DNA from: Macrostomum lignano
Taxonomy: Eukaryota
Length of the DNA stretch: 64,000 nucleotides
NCBI GenBank assembly: GCA_002269645.1
Contig: NIVC01003982.1
Location: forward strand, 2,503-66,502
Direction: 5' to 3'
In this document: in pieces, positions 59,150 to 64,000 of the stretch
Numbering within the stretch: position 1 is the stretch's first letter
How the letters are laid out: every line of letters begins with the position of its first letter
Translations under genes and position numbers: made by a program
The notes under the pieces: generated by a model
Databases searched by the model: none
The model's input: the letters and a program-made list of their open reading frames with translations, nothing else
What the model was told of the DNA's origin: nothing

Positions 59150-61406
59150 CCTACAATACCGTGGGAATAAGCACTGCCTATTAGGCAATTAGTTTAGCTA
59201 AATTCAAAAGAAAAATAATGTTGCAAATGAAGCTACACTAGTACCATTATTTAATGGTACTAATTAATATCAATTAATTATTTCATTTTATCATTTATGC
59301 CTGTGCCACTGCCAGACTTATACCAAGCGTAGGTTAGGCTATTCTAAGTATAATGGACTATGGGAGGTAGCATGGACAGTTATCTTGTATATGATATTTT
59401 GTTTTAAAAAATATGAAAAAAATTTGTTATAAATAGAAACCAGCTATAAGACAAAGCCAAATAAAGTATGTCTTTTCTGTTCTGATTTAGTCTGAGCAAT
59501 ATTTAAGTGGTCTCCAAATTATTCAACATTGGAAACAAAACTGATAATCAGCTTTAAGGCTAAGTATTTGCTCTCATGTTAGCCTACTTATTTTGAGTAG
59601 TAGATAGTGACATAGGAATAGCCCCAAGGTTGGGAGAATTTTAGTGTTCCACTATAAGGAGGGTCCATGTACCATAGCTATCTATAGCTATAAGCAAAAC
59701 TATGGCTTATTCCAATTCTCCATATTCCATAGCCAAAGAGACTCCAATATTACTATATTCCCATAGTAGCCATAGCCATAATTTTCACAAAGTCTAGGAA
59801 ACAAAATATTTTGAACCAGAAAGATAACCTAGTAGTTAAACAATTGCAAATTAAGATAGAAAACAAAGAAAACACTTGATTGCCTTTGTAAGATTATATT
59901 TCATATTTTTACAAAGAGGAACAATACTTAATCACTACTGAAAGTATTACTGCTAAACTTTTTCACATTATTAAAAGTTAGTGTTTGCTAATATTTTATT
60001 GTACTTTATTAGGTACGAGCTATAAGTTAAGTTTCTAAGTCTATATATAATTTATAGTTTACCAAAGTATCTTTTTTACTTAACCTGTTTCTAATATTTT
60101 TTTAAATTAATAACTATGGCTATAGGAATCTACAAAATATGATAGCAACTACCATATTTCCATAGTTGTAGCTGTAAGAGCAGCTATCTACTGTAGGCAT
60201 ATCTGTAGTTGTTGTAGGCACCTATTTTACCATATTTGCCATAGGATCCCATAGCCATAGCCATAACTATGGCAAAATACTAGAGAATTTTCTCCATTCT
60301 TAGAGAACAAGACTTTTAGATTTAGAATCTATAATATCACCTTAGAAGGCAGAATATCCACCCAAGGATAAGACCTCTAGACCTAGGGCAATAAATCTAC
60401 CACTGTTAGATGTAACCCTCTGATCTCTCCAGTAATGAAGTGAGAGAATAAAACATAGTTTTAAGCCATAATACATAGGATAAGATAAAGTACAAGTGCC
60501 ATAAGACCACTTAGGCCAAAAGTACATTTTTGCTACCGAATTTATATAATATGCTACTAGTAAGTATAATAAAGTATATCAAGATACAAGAGGAGAACAA
60601 AAGCAATATAATAGCTTGATGGCATTATGAAATTTCATTAAATAGAAAAAATACCCCTGTTACAATTTATAAGTACAAGACATATCAAAACATTAAAAAC
60701 CAAAAGTTGTTGCATTATTGCAGCACAAATTCTAAATTATAGAATTTAATTTATTCTATGTTTTATCAAATACAATTAAGTTACATGGGACTTGTAATGG
60801 CACTCCAGAAAATCATGTGTAGTTGTTTTATGCCAGGCATTTATGCAAAAGCTAATATTTCTCTAGACTTATGCTGGATATTTCTGGTAGCTTGTATATA
60901 ATGAAACAGACTAATGGATATGCTTATACTTCTAATTTTATTAGTTGTCAGTTATCAATTTTTATAGTTCCACTATAGCTATAGTTATGGCTATTGGATT
61001 ATTGGAAGTTATAAATACAGAGATGTTTTTAAAGAATACAGGTATGGTAATATATATTTCTAATATCTATTTCCCATAGGCCTATCTAGTAATACCACTC
61101 GAATGAGACTTGAAAGACCATTGGAGCTATTGGTTTGATAGGATAAGGATGAATGAAGTATTCAGAGTGTCAAAATGAGGAGAGATCCTCTTCCTTCTAC
61201 CCTCCACTCCTCTTTAATCTCCTCTCTAACCTGACTGGTTCTATCTAAAGAGACACTTAATGGATGTCAAATCGATTTGCAAATAAATGTATCGAAGCGT
61301 CTGTCAGAAAGATTGTTCACAATAATTTACACTAAAAAACAATTTCTGAATTCGATTTCAAAATCGACTCGCTCTAGTCGAAGCCGATCGACTTTACGCA
61401 ACAGCC

Positions 61407-62194
61407 ATGGATTTGTCAGCTTAATTGATTCCGATTCAGCTGACGAAGTAGATCCTTCGACACTTGAGCCGCAGCAAAGAATTGTCACGGTGCGTCCGAA
61501 GGCAGAAATTATTGATTTAACAGCAGCAACTGCAGTGCCGAAGGTTCAGACGATTGCATTGTTATTAGTGACAGTGAAAGCGACAATGACCTTGCCAATA
61601 ATGCTGATGATGGTGAGGAAGCTGCTAGGAGAACAGCAGATTCCCTAGTTTGGATCGATCTGGACGCTAACGAACTTGAAAGCGACACAGATGACGATGA
61701 CGACCTCATTGTAGTAGCGGCGACTCCGCCCGCGACTCGACAGATGAAACCGACATTGCCAGCCAAACGGAAACTGTGTATTGCCAGATTTGTAAATCGA
61801 ACTTTTCGGATCCAATTCGAACTCATCAAGCATCGATTGCTCATCAGCTGGCTCTGATGCCTGATGAGGCAGCCGCTCCAGCCTCCGGTTCAGCAGCTGA
61901 CAGAAAATTGTGCGTAGCCTCTGGTCCAGCTTATCGGATGATGCTTAAACAGGGCTGGACACCCGGCAGCGGACTGGGTCGACATGGCCAGGGCCGTTCT
62001 CAGCCCATAGCAACCGTTGTCAAGCGGGACCGACTCGGTCTGGGCATGGCCGCTCCGAAAAGCAGAAAAAGCAGATTCCGCAAAGCAACAATAGTTCTGC
62101 CGCCGAGCCTGCAGGCTCCGGTTGCAAAGCTAATTTTGAGCGAGATTTTCGACGATATATGAACGACCCAGATTCCACTGCCTGGTTCCAATAA
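61407..62194 (+). CDS. GPANK1: GPANK1-like G-patch protein without ankyrin repeats; intronless, four apparent 1-nt deletions
   Basis: YCQICK..THQASIAH zinc finger, AYRMMLKQGWTPGSGLGRHGQGRSQPIATVVKRDRLGLG G-patch, and C-terminal FERDFRRYMN (recalled GPANK1 WERDLRTYMN). GCCATGG start. The segments lie in successive -1 frames, so either a sequencing error or a pseudogene. Confidence 0.72.
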
Positions 62195-62537
62195 TACAAT
62201 GGTTCAACTACATTAGTCGTTCATTTTTTGCTTGTTATAATGTTATTGTATCTCAATTTTGTGCTACAATCCTGTTACGATTGTTTATATGCTGGTTTAA
62301 TATGTTTCAGTGTAACAAAAATATAAGACAAGAAAATCGTTTTTTAGTTATTAATCAGAATCTTTTATTAACTTTCTACACAATCTACTTGTTAGTAGTT
62401 TTGCATGGATTGTTTATTTAATTTTCTTACTAATCATTTTTCGATACATATCGGTATAGGCTTATATTAATTGTTTTCACAGTAGCGACAGTACAAGTAG
62501 GAAAGATTGGGAAACTTCTGTACGGGTCTTCCCGTTG

Positions 62538-63812
62538 CTATGACGACACTCCGCAATCTGCAATAACCAGCAGTTTTGTGGGTCTTCCCGACGGGGTGCC
62601 CAGGTCTTCGGCTCGTTGCAGCACGTCCCAACCGGATGTTAGCTCGCCAAATACCACGTGACGACCGTCCATCCACGGACAGGGGGCCAGCGTGATCAAA
62701 AACTGGGAGCTGTTCGTGTCGGGGCCTGAAAGTTGGGGCAGATCGATCGCTTTCGTTTCAGTGCTTCACGTCTCTTCTCACCCCTGTGTCTCCTATCTCG
62801 CTTCTGTGTCTCCCATCTCATCTCTTCCTTGTGTCTCTTATCTCATCACTTCCTTGTGTCTCTCATCTCATCTTTTCTCTGTGTCTCTTATCTCATCTCT
62901 TCCCTGTGTCTCCCATCTCATCTCTTCCCTGTGTCTCCTATCCTCTTCCCTGTGTCTCTTATCTCATCTCTTCCCTGTGTCTCTCATCTCATTTCTTCCC
63001 TGCGTCTCCATCTAATCTCTTCCCTGTGTGTCTTATCTCATCTTCCCTGTGTCTTCTATCTAATCTCTTCCCTGTGTCTCTATCTCATATCTTCCCACTG
63101 TCTCCCATCTCATCTCTTCCCTGTGTCTCTTATCTCATCTTCACCCTGTCTCCCATCTATCTCTTCCCTGCGTCTCATCTTATCTCTTCCCTGCGTCTCT
63201 CATCTCATCTCTTCCCTGTGTCTCTCATCTCATCTCTTCCCTGTGTCTCTTATCTTGCCCCGTGTCTCCTATATTTTCTTACCCCCGTGTCTCCCATCTT
63301 ATCTCACCCTGTGTCTCCCATCTCATCCCACCCCTATGTCTCGCATCTCACCTCACCTGTCTCCTCTCTTTTCAACCCCGTCTCCAATCTCATCTCACAC
63401 CGGTGTCCTCATCTCTTTTCATCCCTGTGACTCCCCTGTCTCTCCCTCTCTTCTCACTCTTGTGTCTCCAATCTCATCCCACAATGCTCACCGGAGTTGG
63501 CCATGCTCAAAAGGCCTCTCCTATCGTGCCTGCCAGTGAGATCCTCATCGGGGAAATACCTGCCATAGATAGACCAGCCGCCAGTGCCGTTGCCAGACTG
63601 GAAGTCGCCAGCTTGTATAGCAAAGCCGGGTATGCACCGGTGGACCGGCTGCCCCTGTAGCCCGAACAGCCGTTCTCGTGTCCAACGCAGAGGCTGGCAA
63701 AGTTCCGGCAAGTCAGGGGGACTTTCGTAGCGAATAGGCGGAATTCGAGTCGGCCGAGAGGCACTGAGTTGGCTTCGAGCCTCAGATAGCAGCTGGTTGT
63801 GCTGGACTGCAT
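62538..63812 (-). CDS. Cyclophilin-type peptidyl-prolyl isomerase; complement join(62538..62725,63492..63812), one apparent 1-nt deletion near 63650
   Basis: [58 protein letters not shown]|[22 protein letters not shown]; phase-1 GT-AG intron. Confidence 0.92.
62770..63480. repeat. CT-rich degenerate repeat filling the cyclophilin intron
   Basis: TCTCATCTCTTCCCTGTG-type units. Confidence 0.9.
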
Positions 63813-64000
63813 TCTGTGTGGCTGAGGGTGCAGACAGTAAGTTTTTGTGCCTCAAAGCCTCAATGCTTCATCTATAGAGCTCCAGGCGTTTGTTAGGCCT
63901 TTATAAATGTCTTTTAAAGGCCACACAGTTATTTAGCGTTAAAACACAGTCTAGCTTCACGAGACAGCGTATTTAGCGCCACAACACGTCTATTTAGCGC

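Noticed and set aside
57550-60540. Possibly decayed coding sequence on the minus strand in AT-rich DNA
   Set aside because: Open stretches are only about 30-60 codons with no identifiable motif.

Overview
This is eukaryotic (animal) DNA, not prokaryotic. GC-rich exons are separated by GT-AG introns packed with private mini- and microsatellites, among many transposons. The style resembles the repeat-rich flatworm Macrostomum lignano, but that is inference. Host genes reconstructed by hand: an IAP (BIR-BIR-UBA-RING), a class A peptide-type GPCR whose first exon is tandemly duplicated, an MS4A/CD20-like 4-TM protein, an orphan Pro/Gln-rich Cys-string membrane protein, a single-domain FAIM, an ankyrin-less GPANK1-like G-patch gene and a cyclophilin. 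Mobile DNA: two nested Mag-type Gypsy LTR elements, a tRNA-derived SINE family (two full copies with target-site duplications, TSDs), a Merlin remnant and three hAT-type MITEs with exact 8-bp TSDs, fold-back elements, and an intron-containing KDZ/Zisupton-type transposase pseudogene. No CRISPR, rRNA or true tRNA gene is supported. Best leads: minisatellites that appear amplified from splice donors, a (TCTA)n-associated element plus a TCTA-bounded 5.2-kb duplication of the GPCR first exon, the KDZ element, and the half-size FAIM. Gene models and homologies come from manual translation and recalled family motifs; no searches were run.
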